Shown piece after piece: positions 49,775 to 62,739 of a stretch of 64,000 nt of DNA (the first letter of the stretch is position 1; each line of letters begins with the position of its first letter). The DNA is from Takakia lepidozioides. Lineage: Eukaryota > Plantae > Bryophyta. The translations under genes and the position numbers were made by a program. The stretch is taken from contig CM060734.1 of NCBI GenBank assembly GCA_030704615.1, positions 57,040,001-57,104,000 on the forward strand, written 5' to 3'. The notes under the pieces were generated by a model. The model saw only the letters and a program-made list of their open reading frames with translations, ran no database searches and had not been told where the DNA came from.

Positions 49775-51437
49775 ATGGGGAACCCTGAGAAAGAAGAGGA
49801 AGAGGAAGAGCCTGATCCCGGTCCCGTTGACACAAAGCCTGAATGCGAGGAGTCATGTAAGCCAAGGTGTGTAAAATACTGGCTTCACTATGAGGTGCGC
49901 TCCCAGCTCCCCCACTAATCCTTCTGCCTTTTCCCTTGCATCCCTCCCTCCTTATCGGGGTAACTAGCTTTCCTTTTTGCCAGCTTTTGCAAACCTTGCA
50001 AGTGGTTCGGCAGTAAATGTGATGCAGTAATGTGATGAGCTGGTTGCTACTGGTCCACGGAGTAGAGGTAAGCCAGAAGGGCCAGAAGCCAGAGGACTTG
50101 GTGACCCATTTCTGCTGGGATGTTGACCCAATCCTCCAGATCAATTGACTGCTTGCTGTTAATCATTCTGTGGCCTACAAATTGTACTGCTCTAAGGTTT
50201 TGTTCCAAAATGCTGCTGCTGCACATGTTGTTAAGAGAAAAGAGTTTTTTGTTGTTTAATAGCAAAGCTTGATTTCCAACATTACCGAGACCTGCGGGAC
50301 AAAGCGACTAGACTGAAAGCCTAGGAGTGAAGTTCCTTCACATGGAAATATGTGATCTTGACTGGAGAATGTAACAGGCTTGTGTAAAGCGGATTGAAGA
50401 TAAACCTGGGAAGCATTGTACTGGCCAATACTTCGACTACTGGGGCTGCATTGACAGATGTGTGAGTTCTTGATCTCAAATGTGTGCAGCGTGCAGCCAA
50501 TTTCCCTTGCCCCTGTACCTATTTCGTACATAGATTATGCTTAAAGGATTTTAGACGTCTCTCTCTCCATCTTTGAGCGACCTTGATGTATCCTGAAGTA
50601 GTTCTTCCACTTTGTTCTACCTTGTCCCACGGGCCCCCTAGCGTCTGTTGACGTTACAATTCTCTCTCCTTTTGTTAGCTGTTTGTCGGGGGCCCCACTT
50701 GAGCAGGTAGCCCAGTGGTTGGGTGTTTGTGCCTTGCCTGTGCATAACCTGGGTGATACTGGGTTCAATCCTTCAACGTGTGCCTTCGGACCGTCCATTG
50801 GGCCCTCGATGGCCTGTGTGTTGAGCAGTAGGCTCAGTAAATTCACTGGACGTTAAAGAAACTTTATCTTTATCTTTCCCGGTCTGTTTTCTCTTTCGTT
50901 TTTATCTCTTCTTCATGAATGAGCTCTGTGAACTCCGCGGAGGTTACAATTCTCTCTTATTGTGATGCATCCATCCGTTACATCTTTTGAAGCTAGAGGG
51001 CCACAGTCATGATCCTCCAATATGAACGTTCTCAAATGCTAGCGCTTGGGTGGTCCAGCCGTTAGTATAAAGGAATGCTATTCAAGCACTTACTAATAAG
51101 ATGTAGAAACTAGAAACTCTTTTCTCTCTCTTCAATAGTTCTTTTCTCTGACTCTGGTTTTCCTATTTTCTCTCATGTTCTTCCTTCCATTTTGTCCCAT
51201 AAGCTGTATAAGCTTTCCGCCTACGTTATAAAGCACCATGTCATTTCATTTCTCTCATGTTTTTCTTTCCATTTTGTCCCATAAGCTCCATGAGCTTTCC
51301 ACGGACGTTATAAAGCACCATTTCATTTCATTTCATTTCTCTTTTTTAAACCTCTTCACCTATCCAAGATGTGAAAGAAAAACGCGGTCGCTTTATGTGG
51401 TCAGGCGGCACCCAAGATTTTCCGCACTTTAAAGTGA
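49775..51437 (+). CDS. QCR6: Cytochrome b-c1 complex subunit 6 (hinge protein), exons 49775-49894, 50378-50461, 51405-51437 (78 aa)
   Basis: MGNPEKEEEEEEPDPGPVDTKPECEESCKPRCVKYWLHYE|ACVKRIEDKPGKHCTGQYFDYWGCIDRC|AAPKIFRTLK*. Confidence 0.95.
50668..50942 (+). mobile_element. tRNA-derived SINE-like insertion in QCR6 intron 2
   Basis: A-box TAGCCCAGTGG at 50708, B-box GGGTTCAATCC at 50761; flanked by direct repeat GTTACAATTCTCTCT (50653 and 50943). Confidence 0.55.
51168..51340 (+). repeat. Two tandem 3'-end copies of the (CATTT)n-tailed LINE
   Basis: CCATTTTGTCCCATAAGCT..AGCTTTCC..ACGTTATAAAGCACCAT..CATTT twice; matches 30170-30247. Confidence 0.9.
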
Positions 51438-53337
51438 GAGCATTTGATCTGCAAAGCGATCGACCGGAGTGGTAAGGGCACTTTGGACACACTATGGGTT
51501 GGAGGCGGAGGATGTCGGAGGTCGCCTGCCACGACGTTATACAGCCGGCGTGAAGACCATAATGATGAAGGTGCATGGGAAGGCCAGCTACCTGAGTCGC
51601 TGAACGTGCACTGGGTCATCTGGCGTCGATCTTGGGTGGATTCGCAAGTCACTTCTTTTCTTACAGCAATACAGTCGATTAGTTCTATGCATTTGTATTC
51701 TGGTAGCCATAATTTCGCTGTGTTGAGTATTTTTGAAAACAGATTACTGTACTTGCCCTGTAATATCAGGGAACGGAGCTTTTGGTTCTTTGTAAGGCCT
51801 AGGTGACCCTGCTCGGTTCAAATCTTACAGGAGAAGAACCCTCCCCGGTACGGCTCCAGAAAATGGTCATGTACAAGTACAAGTCAGAAGTCTGCAAGAA
51901 TCTACAGGTGAACAGAGCATGAAGTGCAACTTGTACCATGAACCTAGTGGTGAACCATAAGGATCCCCCTGCTCTGGAAGAAACTCGTCTTTCCAACTGC
52001 AAGCATGGGGCCATCATTTTCTTGTCAGCCCCCTGGTGTTGGTCAGGCTGGTGCTCAGAGGCTGCTAGTGACATAAGTTTTGAACGTCAGATTACAGAGA
52101 AGAGTTGGATATGGTATCTACCTTCGCAGACCATCATCATCATCTTGCACCATCATTGCAATAATGGCATTGCATGGTTTCTAACAAAAAGGCCTGGACC
52201 ACTAGCTGCTGGACCAATCCGATTCTTGCTCCTCCCTGAGCTCCTTGCCAGGCCCAAACTCGTCACGCGTCCGTGCTGAGACTACAGTACTGCCCGAACA
52301 CAGAAATCACATGATGAGTATGATCTACACCAAAATATTTACATGAGCTGTCTTACATCAACGAGGGAAGGAAAACCTCTCAAGTTGCCTACAACCCGCA
52401 GGCTATATTACACACTCTGCAGATTTAGCCAGCATTTCAGACTAAATCCAGACCTTCTGGGATATTATACAAGAACACAGGCACTTTGAAAAGGAACGCT
52501 CGCCCAACTCTTCACTACAGCCAAGCGAAAGAGCCTCTTCTCTGCCTGACAAAACCATTTCAAGAGCCTTCAGTACAAATCTTGATTTGACAAAGCAAAT
52601 GGGCTCAGAAGTTCACGCCGTATGTACACCCAGTCCCTGCATAGCACCCAATCTGTAGCTTGTGTTTGCAATCGAAGAGGTGGGGCAGTGCCAGAGATGT
52701 TGGTTCCAAGATGTGGGAAGCTGGGGGTAAGCTCGGGCCTTGATAGGTGTAGACCCGCGCCATCACACTTCCATGTCTCCTCCACGACCGAAGGCATATC
52801 TGCGCTGTGGGGGTGCATCCACACTGCCATGTGCAAAGGCCGCTGCAACATGACAGTCTTTTGATGGGATTGATCCAAGGCTGCACTCTTCTGGTTCACT
52901 TGTATCGCCCCTGATCAACGTGACCTGCATCCTGTGAGTACCATTCACAGCACAGAAATGAGTGACCTCGACCAATCAAGTACCCCCTATATGCACTCTG
53001 CAAAACAAATCAGAAACCTACAAGCTCGGAACCTCAAAAGATTCATCCTGCTATGACTGCTGCATGTAAGGTTGAAGGTTTCAAAACAGACTTAAAAACG
53101 TTGGGTTGTTGCGCATGACATGACATAGCAAGCACTGAATGAAGTCGTTATGTCACACAACAAGCATCAAATGTTGTCAGCAGTGAGTAAATTATCCTTC
53201 TAGGGACATTTTGCTGCATTGCCACTAGGAGGAGGGCTTCAATTGAAAACACGTCCAGATTGGCAACGACTTAGCATCAACATACCGAGCAAGATTGAGG
53301 ACCAGCACCAGGGGCACCATTCTCGTCATCAACACTG

Positions 53338-55751
53338 TCAGGTCTTTGCTTCCATTCCACATATGTCATACACTGACAAAAACAGTTTCTGTGTCAACAA
53401 AACAAGAGGCCTACTTAGCACTGGTGCTGATTCAACATGTACAAGTATCAACAAGACAATCACCAAAAGGAGATCTTTGACTTGATGACTTCGCCAGAAC
53501 TCTGCCCTTCCTTGAGATAGGAGATGGGCCCATGACGATGAAGAAAGGCAAGAAGCGAGATCATTGAGATTCTTAGACCTGAGAACTCAGCAACTATGCA
53601 CAATGAAGCCTGTAACCAACCTTCTACAATACTTGCTTCTTGCTGAAGAGGCTTGCAGCCTAAGAAAAGACAGCCCTTGCAAAGCTCTCAGAGCAAATGA
53701 ATTTCAACATTGGAAGCCTAATGCTATCATGACACTGTTTAAGCTCTTAGGCGTTCAATTCTGCGCAAATAAGCATCCATACAGAAATATGTAAAGGTCT
53801 TTTACATGTTCTTCAAAATCAGGGCTGGAAAGGTTGATGGACAGATTGCGCATCAAAAGTATGACCTGTACATCAAATGAAACAAAAGGTCCGTGAAACA
53901 TGATTGACTGTTCTACAATCTTTGACCACTTTGTTGCGAAAAATTAGTCAATACAAAATTTCTGCCCATTATCTACAAGCCTATTGAGGTGCAGCCTGTG
54001 TAAGTTGATCAGAAGTGATCTCTCACACCTGCTACTGATCATGGGCTTTCAAAACTTTAGTCCTGCAGCGAATAAGAAGTGTTACCAGCCAAATCACTAG
54101 ATTCACACTCCTAGTCTAAAAGATGCAGCTACATAAATATTCAAAGCAGAAACAAGATTGAGACTACGTACTGTTTCTCGATCAATGGAAGACATTTCCT
54201 TTAGCTTCCTAGGGTGACCCGAAACGCCTGGGTCAAATACACTGCCTATAAAGTGGTACACCTCTGCGAAGTCAGGAGCAGCTGCAAAGCCATCCAAAGC
54301 CAATAATTCCAGGTTAGATTAATATGGTAATAGACTCGTTATTAACCAGTACCTCCACTAAACAAAGGAGCTTCTTCCAGATATACGAAGAAACATTCAA
54401 CCCACAGAAACCTGGGTAAAATGAGTCACACCTCGTAGACATGACTCCTGCAAAGCTTGACCAGCTGGGAGCATCTGTTGGGGCCAACTCCCTGGGGAAC
54501 TTCCACTGCTGCTATTGCTCCAATTCCGTCCAGCAATCATGCTCATCCCTCCTAGTTCTGCCCATACCACAGCCATATTTGACCTCAGAAAGGCAACAAT
54601 CCCCTATCCAAGTGACTCCGGCACCAATCCAAACATTCACCATTTGCACAAAGTAGGTGAGGAAGGGCATCAGATGGGGTGTCACACCATTCCCTTCATC
54701 CACCAATTAGAACTTGCCTGCAGGACTTGACGGAATAGTATGTATTACTAAAGGAGTTCACTAGCTGACAATTCTCTTGTGCAATAACTCGCAACTTCCG
54801 AAGCTAATCATGACAACAAAGTACTAAACTGAAAACAACCCAAATGAGTCTGATCTACATACCACATTTAGGTGCCTTCTGAGGATAAGGATTGGTAGAC
54901 TTGCGCTTAGGACGTGGAGGGGGTACATGCTCTCCAGTGCCATTCTTCTGCACCTTCAAAAAATACTTTTGGGCATGACTACGTATCTGCAACCCAATCC
55001 AAACTCCTCGAAAGGTCAGCTGCGTGCAAACACTTCGGAAGTAACCCCACAACCCAATCCTGAGCCTTGTTAGATGTTCCTGCCTCTATGAACAACTAGC
55101 AAAGGGGTTGCTTATGCCCTAGCAATGTTTAATCCCTGTTCAGAGACGCCTATAGTGAGTATTCCTTTGTTCACAACCAGTAGTAGAGATCAACCGGCAA
55201 TAATGCAACTGGTACAGGACTCCACTTAAGGCTCTTTCACTAACAAGAAGTTAGGCCCAAAGACTGGCTTGATGACAACAGACTTTCCAACAACTGGTTC
55301 GAGATCTGAGCAAGGTATATATCAATTGCAAAATAGCAACAACATGGGAATGTGCACCTGTATGACAGTCTTGGAGCCCACAAAAGCCTCAATCTTTTTC
55401 CAATCCCGATCAAACCTGAAATCACACTGGCGCTATCACTTGAGTACGAGTGACACAAAACTTCTGGTCCTCTTTCCTTACCAAAAAGGGGAATATTATG
55501 TGTTCACATTCACATGGTAGATTCACATGTCAGAGACAGAAAAAGAAGGGACTAACTCACAAGTGTAAGGCTTCAAGGAACTTGTCATGCTCCTGCTCCG
55601 TCCAGCTTTCCCTAGACTTAGTGATAGTATATGGTTTCCTGATTTTCTTAGAGCTTTCATCAGCTGCTTGCACAGACCCCATGTCCGGCATGCCCGACAG
55701 AGAGGATGTAGATACCATCGCCCCTAACATCTCCAAACCTGGAGCATTCAT
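53338..55751 (-). CDS. RVE: REVEILLE/LCL MYB transcription factor, RVE-B (intact MYB and LCL domains, short C-terminus)
   Basis: [71 protein letters not shown]|[16 protein letters not shown]; exons in phase. Confidence 0.92.
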
Positions 55752-56387
55752 ATGACCTGTTATATGCAATGGTGTCAGGGAGAAACGACTAGGCTCAGTA
55801 TGTATCTCCTGGATACATTCAAGCTGCACACAAAGAGAAGCTTGCCGTGAGGGTGATGGGGGTCAAAGATTTCGGGGCGGGAAGCAAGCAGCAATCCACA
55901 AACACCATCGCTGCGCTACCATACGTGCGGCAGACCACACTACTCTACTTTTATCACCCCGAATTATTCAACTCCTCGCAGTCAATGCACAATCTACCGT
56001 GGTAAGGAGCTCCACAGTGCACACGTGGCTTACTCCCATTGACAGCAGTCTATAAACAATAGGACTCGATGACGCGAGTACGGATTCGCCACGTGTCCAT
56101 CCGTACGGTTCGGATAATACGATATAACAGTAAAATAGTAATAATAGTGTGATTATCACGGGCAATTATCTAGCGTGTCAAGGCCACGTGTCTACAGTAC
56201 AGTAGCCCCTTCCGTGCGCTGCCGTGCATTGAGTGCAAGAAAATTATATTAAATTAACATATTGAATAGTACCATAAGTAAAAATCAGTCACTGAGGCCG
56301 GGGCCTCCCCTTTTCCCCGAAAAACAGAAGCAAAATACAAATATCTTTGGTTTTTGGATTTTTGTTTTCTACGGAGAGTACACAATC

Positions 56388-56556
56388 GGGCTGTGCGCCC
56401 GGTGGTAAGTCACTCGGGTATTGGCCCGTGGGTCTGGGGTTCAAAACCCCTGTCGTCTGCATCTGTGCCTTTGGGCTGGGGCTGCCCCTGTAATGCCTAG
56501 GACCAGTTGATGGGGCTGACGTTTCCTTGAAAACAAAAAAAGGAAAAATAAGAAGA
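56388..56556 (+). mobile_element. tRNA-derived SINE-like element
   Basis: A-box-like TGCGCCCGGTGG, B-box GGTTCAAAACC near 56438, A-rich tail 56530-56556. Confidence 0.55.
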
Positions 56557-57235
56557 AGGCCCAGAGAAGGTGAGGGAAACCTCGATGAACAACCTTGGGT
56601 AAAAATGAACTACTTCATCCATTTTATTTTTAATATTTACTTAAAGGGAGCTCACAATCCAATTTGCACCGGCAATTAAATAGTAGTTTACTGAATAGTT
56701 CAAAATTAAATAATAACTATTTAATTAAAAATGAATCTGACCCAATTTTGGAGAGCAGGTTGGCCTGAGCTGAAGGGGCCACATTGAGGGTTGTGGGTGA
56801 GCTCCAGGATTGGAAAAAGTAGAGGATTGCTGTGTTGTTTGAATGAAGAGCGGCGAGCAAACAAGGGTGCCACACAGCTGAGTAGGGCATCAGGGCTGAG
56901 ATTTTCTCTGGCACTGCAGAGTTTCTTGTCTTGCAAATTTGTTTCACAAAAGTGGCCTTCAGTACGGTGAAAGGGAGAGAATGAGAAAAATTTCAGCTTT
57001 TGAGCAGATGACAATCCCATCAGGGCCGTCATCTTGCTAATATGTCTTTGCCTCAATCTACTAGAAATAGCTGTGCAAAGCCCAACCACACAGAATAGAA
57101 TATGAGTGGTGTTGTTCCTTGGAGATACATCGCATTAATTTTAGCTCTGGAATGTGGACTGCCTCTCCTAAACATTAAGACTGAATGGAAGTATCTCCCT
57201 ATTGGATTCCTGTGAGGTCCCCCAACCTTGGCCCT

Positions 57236-60200
57236 TCAAACTCGCTGTTTCTGTACATTGCTCCGGTTCCTTGAGTAAAGAGAGGAGACTAAAAGCAAGA
57301 AGACACTGACCAAAAGGGTCCATAGGCCAACCATCCAATACTTGGGACTGATGAGCGCTGGTAGTTCTCGCACCTTGTTCAGTACGCCTGCTCGCTTTGG
57401 GTGATCAACCCTACTTAAATGAACAATATGGCCTCCAAAACCCTTTTGAATAAGGGGGACTTGAGGTGAAGGATACTCTCTACTGCTACCGGGCGTTGCT
57501 CTTGTACTGTCATGTTTCGTGATCTGCACTTTCTCACTTGCATCACTGTTGTCTTTGTCTGCCTTGATAGCCATCTCTAACCTGGATTGAGGCTTCTCAC
57601 ACCCTTGCTTCACATGGTGCAAGTAGAGAGCTTCATTGAGGGTTTTCACACAGCTTATGCTTATGTTATCTCGCCTCTGTGCCCGGTCCTCAAGGGGCCC
57701 TAGGGTCGAAAGTTCTGGTGGCGTCGGGAAGAACTGCCAGCAGACATTGGTCATATCCTTGTTTCGCCATTCAGCCTTGTCGAAATGCCAATCGCTGACC
57801 TGGAAATGCAGCCCATAATGAAGCACACGAGGCTCCATGTTTGGGACGTAGCCGGGATACATCATAATATCATCTCTCCTCCTGTGCCTCAAATTGATCT
57901 GCAAAACAAAGTCACCTTCTGTCATACTCCACTAGTTTCTTTCTGGGTTCATAGAATTAAAAAAATCTCTCAAAATTTTCTATGCAGAAAGTCTGCACAT
58001 CTGATCGCCACGACATTCCTTTCACAAAGATCACAAGAAATCTTTGTGCATGTGAGACATACATTGGTGAGCAAATCTCATACCATCTTTGGATATTTTA
58101 CAGTCGTACCACATACAATCTCAAAATCTGCGAGCTGTCCTTGGGTAGCCACTTGCATATTGGCAAAAGACTACACATGTTGGCGTACGTCGATGAATGA
58201 TAGCAGATTGAAAGAAAGTTTTTGAAAAGTTCTCGTGACATGAAAATGTCTCTTTAAGACCTGGAAACAACCAGAGTACCCCTGCTCTCATAATTACCTC
58301 AGCAGAACCAAACGAGTAGCCATACATCTCACTGATCCAGCCCTTCCCAAAGATATCGCCTGTAATATTGGTTGGCCAATGCAGTTTGTCAGCTCGAACC
58401 TCCTCCGTCTTATGGAGCCAAAGGGGCGCCAGCGCACGTAGGTCGTCAATATGAATTATTATAACCCCACCCACTTTGTCACATGATTCAGGGTGTCGTG
58501 TATGGAGCTTTGCCAGAATGTTGTCGCAACCGATCAAATAGCTGCAAAACCCCTCCACCAACGGGTCATGTATCTGCCTCTTTACACTCAGTCTCATTGT
58601 CGTGTGCCCCTCGTCCCTTCCCTCCTCCTTTTCCTTAACACTTTGGTTGGGTGGGAGAAATGGACAGATCACCATAGATCCTTCTCTCTCTCTCTCTCTC
58701 TCTTCCCTTTGTGTTCCGCTCAAACTGGGCGCAGGGTCAATGGCCACAAGGCAACAGCAAGGCTACATTCTCTCTCCCTCTCTCTGTTAAGTCCTGGCGG
58801 AAAAGGGTAGAACAGATTTTCAAGTATCTGAATATTAGCCCAGAAGAATTCACCCTGCTAGATGAAGCTACCTGGAGGTTGCTATGTCTAATACCATGTC
58901 GGATGCCCCAAGACTGTCCAAAGAAATGAATTTAGGCCCAAACCATCCTTGAACGTGTCTCCAGTCTGTGACATGGGTGAGGACCTTAAGGATGACCTAA
59001 CTACCGTCGGCACTAGACTGACATTTAAACTCTGGGCGGGGAGCCTTCCTTCGAACAAGAAACAGATGCAGAGAGTAAAAGAAGATTGTAATTGCCCGAT
59101 ATGCGGGCAACCTGAAGACAACATCCATTTTGTGATACATTGTCGAGTGTAATCTCACCAGAGAGTGACCCTCCTTCAGGAATATCAAGAACATTGTCCC
59201 CACACCTCTGTTCACCAAATTAGAAAATCTTGAGGCTGGGCCTAAAGCCCTGGCCCTGTTGGGGTCTAATTGTTGGGACAGCAAGTTGATGCTTGTGTGA
59301 AGGGCTTTCTAGAGTATACCAGAAAACCAGAACAAAATTTCTTCATAATGGTCGGTCACGGGAGTGAGCCCCTCACAAAGGTATAGTATCTGTTCCCTTT
59401 TGTTCCACCCAAACTGCCACGGGGTCTTTGGCTACAAGGCTATGGCAAATGTCTTGTGAGTACATGCTCTCTCTCTCTCTTGCCTTAAACCATGGTAGTT
59501 GGGCCATTTGTTCTTTCTCTGATACTCCTCCCCATTTTCTCCCTTCTGCTCTGGCCAAACTGGGCAACCATAAAACAACAAGGACATTCTAAGAGGAAAA
59601 CACTCTCCCTTCTTTGTGGGGGGGAAATGAATGTCCCTGTCTTTGTCTTCCAAAATGTTGCTGAAGTATACTCTATGCACATTCACATGGAGTGTTAACC
59701 CCCTTTTGATTCCCCTCACTCGATGTTCTTCAATGTCAAATAAGCAAAGAGGTCGAAGAACTCACTCATAGGGAGCTGAGACAGGATGTCCTTGCTCTGC
59801 ACCAAATTCCCAGGGCGTGATAGGTCCTCGCAAAATCATGTCCGCGTCAAGGATCACCACATACTCCACATCAATTTGGACATGGTTCAGCCAATGGAGC
59901 ACCGCTGCTGGCTTGTTGATGGCTGGATACCTGCACAAACATCAGTCCAAGAGCGAAAAAGAGAGGGGGATGAAGGGAGGGGAAGGGAACTAGGTTCCTG
60001 GAACTGCAAGCACATAAATCTTGTCTGCAGAAGCATATCCACCTATTGCATGCATCACTGAGAAAGATTCATTATAATATGCATCTCGAGAAGCTGGCCA
60101 GAGCAAGACCGACGACTCATCCAAAGCAAGACAGACTGTGGGAAGGAAAACAAAGAGCAATAGCTACTGCAAAATGAGAGTAGACACAGCAGAGAAGGTT

Positions 60201-62739
60201 GGCAAGAAAGTGAACAAGTCTGCTGTCATACCAGTCTCCAGTCAGAGGGTGAAGGTTCATAGAAGGCACGACATGTGTTGGGGCCAAGTTCATGCCCTTA
60301 TAAGTCTTGAGATCCTCTTGCGAACAGCTCAACAAACGGGTGATGTAACCAGGCTGCTGACTGAGCTTGTAACTATGAAGGAGCCCAACTGTTTGCCAAT
60401 CGAAGTACGTTGTACACTCAGTTGAAAAAAGTGTGTGGATTTTGGGGTAGGAAGGCGGCATGGTCTTTGGCTGTAGACCTGGCAATGTATGAGTATTTTG
60501 TCCCCACACTCCTCCTTGCTTGTGTGTTTCCAGTGTTCTAGAGTCTTGAATACTAATCTTCAAGAATGTCAGGTAATTAGAACTTGGCGGATTGGGGCAG
60601 CCATGATTTTCATGATGTATGACCAAAGCCTCATTGAGAGTGTTGACACACTCAATGCTTAGAAGGATACCGCGCAGTTTGTCAGGGTCACTCTCAATAT
60701 CCTGTGCCTGTGCAAGACAGAAGATTTAGTAGAAATTCTGTACCTCTTGCCAGCTTCCTTGTGCGTCTCTCTCTCTCTCTCTCTCTCTATGAGCTTTCCG
60801 CGGACGTTATAAAGCACCATTTCATTTCATTTCTCTCCACAAGGCTATTGCAAACAAAGTCTCATGAATACATTTTTCTCTCTCGACACAGGACTCCTGG
60901 GCATCCCGTGGCCATAATCATCCCTTTCTTGTTTCTTTCCCCCTCTCTCATTGTTCCTTGCTTCCTCATGTCCCATAAGCTCTTTGAGCTTACATGAAGT
61001 ACCATTTCATTTCTTCTCTTCTCTCCCTACACAAGGCACTCCAGCACGCCCCTCTGCAATGAAGATGAAGTATTAGATGAGCTAAAATAAGACTCAAGCC
61101 TGATGGATCTCATGCCAGCATTTCCATCTTTGACTTCTTATTCTCACCAAGATGTTCCTCCAGTCATAGAGAAATGTTCCTCAAGCAGAAGCAAAATCCA
61201 ATCTTGGGTCCTTCACAGCTTTTGTTCAACTTCCAGTGTAAACACTACCCCAGCTGTTCTTCTCCAGTGGGGGTCATTGGGATGTGAAGGCAGATTTACC
61301 TGTTGAGGTGAAGGTGGGGCTGGGAAGAGGCGGTTGCAGTCATACACAATTCCATCATCATGAAACTCTAGCTTATCAAAATGCCAGTAGCTCACAGTGA
61401 ATGGAAGCCCATAATGCATCAAGTGGGGCTCCACACCACGTGCTGGGATGTAGCCTGGATAAATCATCAAGTTGTCATCAATTTTGTGTCGCAGGCCCAC
61501 CTGAATGTGCATAGCAAAAAAGGTTGTGACAGATCCAGTAGGAGAGCAAAATTTCCAATATCTTTGTGGTCAACAGAACACTATAGAGAGTAGCAAAGTG
61601 TATTCCAAGAAGTAAGAATGCACTCATAAAACGTTGTTTGCCATAGCCTTGTGGCTATAGACCCTCCAGGAGTAAGAGAGAATAGCAGAGAAATATCCAA
61701 CATCATTTTTCTCCCCTCTACAAGCCTAGATAATCTAGAACAACTTCATCCCTCCCCCTTACCTGGCCTCCTTTCTCTTTCCCTCTCTCTCTCTAGACAG
61801 TAGTTCTAGTGGCCCGGTCGTTTTCTATTAACTTTATTGTGTATGATAAGCTCTCTGACATTCTGTCGAAGTTGTAGAGTTTCTTTCATTCTTCCTTCTT
61901 TCCTTCCTCTCAACAAGGAGAGCCACAGCTTTCCACATCTGGAGAGATAGAGAGAAGAAAAGAAAGAGAGAAAAAGGAACTGATTAAAAATGCACAATGA
62001 AATTACTAGTGTAATTCTTGAAGGCCAAACCCAGCTTTATTTTGAAGGTAAGTACTGCTCCTGAAGAGATTGGCAACTGCCTGCAGCTCCCCTTTTTACC
62101 CCCTCACCCCCTCTTTTCTACCCCGTCCACACAAGGTGCAAATGACCACAAGGGCACTCTGGGAATAACAGTTACTCTCTTTCTCCACGGCTGGCTTTCT
62201 GATAATTTATTTGTTTCTTTTGCTTTTCTCTGATAGGCTGTTTGGGCTTTTGCTAAGCTCCTTTCTATTTGTCTCTCTCTCTCTCTTCTCAGGGCGGTAT
62301 GAAGATTTCTCTTTCTGCCCTCATCATTGGATTCTGAAAGACAGAATTGTGTAATTTTGACATGGCCCCATATATTACAGCCATTCATTGCCCATTCTGA
62401 CTGACATATCAAAGTCAAGTTTGTTTAGCTTCAGCTACTGTCCTTTTCTCCACAACATGGGAAGTAACATAAAGTTACCAAGACACATTCCATACCTCTG
62501 CAGCACCGAAGGAATAGCCATACATCTCACTGATCCAGCCCTTCCCATATACATCACCCGTGATGTTGGTGCTCCAATGCTCCTTATCAGCCCGAACTTC
62601 CTGTGTCTTTGAGAGCCAGAGCGGTGCAAAAACACGCAAGTCGTCAATATGCATGAGTATGAAGCCCCCCACCTTGTCACAGTATTCAGGGTGCTTTGTA
62701 TGCAGTTTTGCCAGCTCGTTGTCACAGCCTTTCAGATAC
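57236..62739 (-). CDS. SERGT1: Peptidyl serine alpha-galactosyltransferase (GT96), 3' six exons; 5' exons lie beyond the window
   Basis: Two repeated domains GCDN.LAKLHT.HPE.CDKVGG..WISEMYGYSFG; KIHTLFSTECTTYFDWQTVGL; YPAINKPAAVLHWL..ILDADMILRGP; C-terminal TM WMVGLWTLLVSVFLLLV. Confidence 0.95.
58790..59480 (+). mobile_element. Degenerate non-LTR retrotransposon 3' end in a SERGT1 intron, (CT)n tail
   Basis: TRLTFKLWAGSLP..CPICGQPEDNIHFVIHC; terminal motif CAAGGCTATGGCAAA followed by (CT)n. Confidence 0.65.

Noticed and set aside
56388-56460. tRNA gene
   Set aside because: A and B boxes are present but there is no convincing cloverleaf; the body and A-tail fit a SINE
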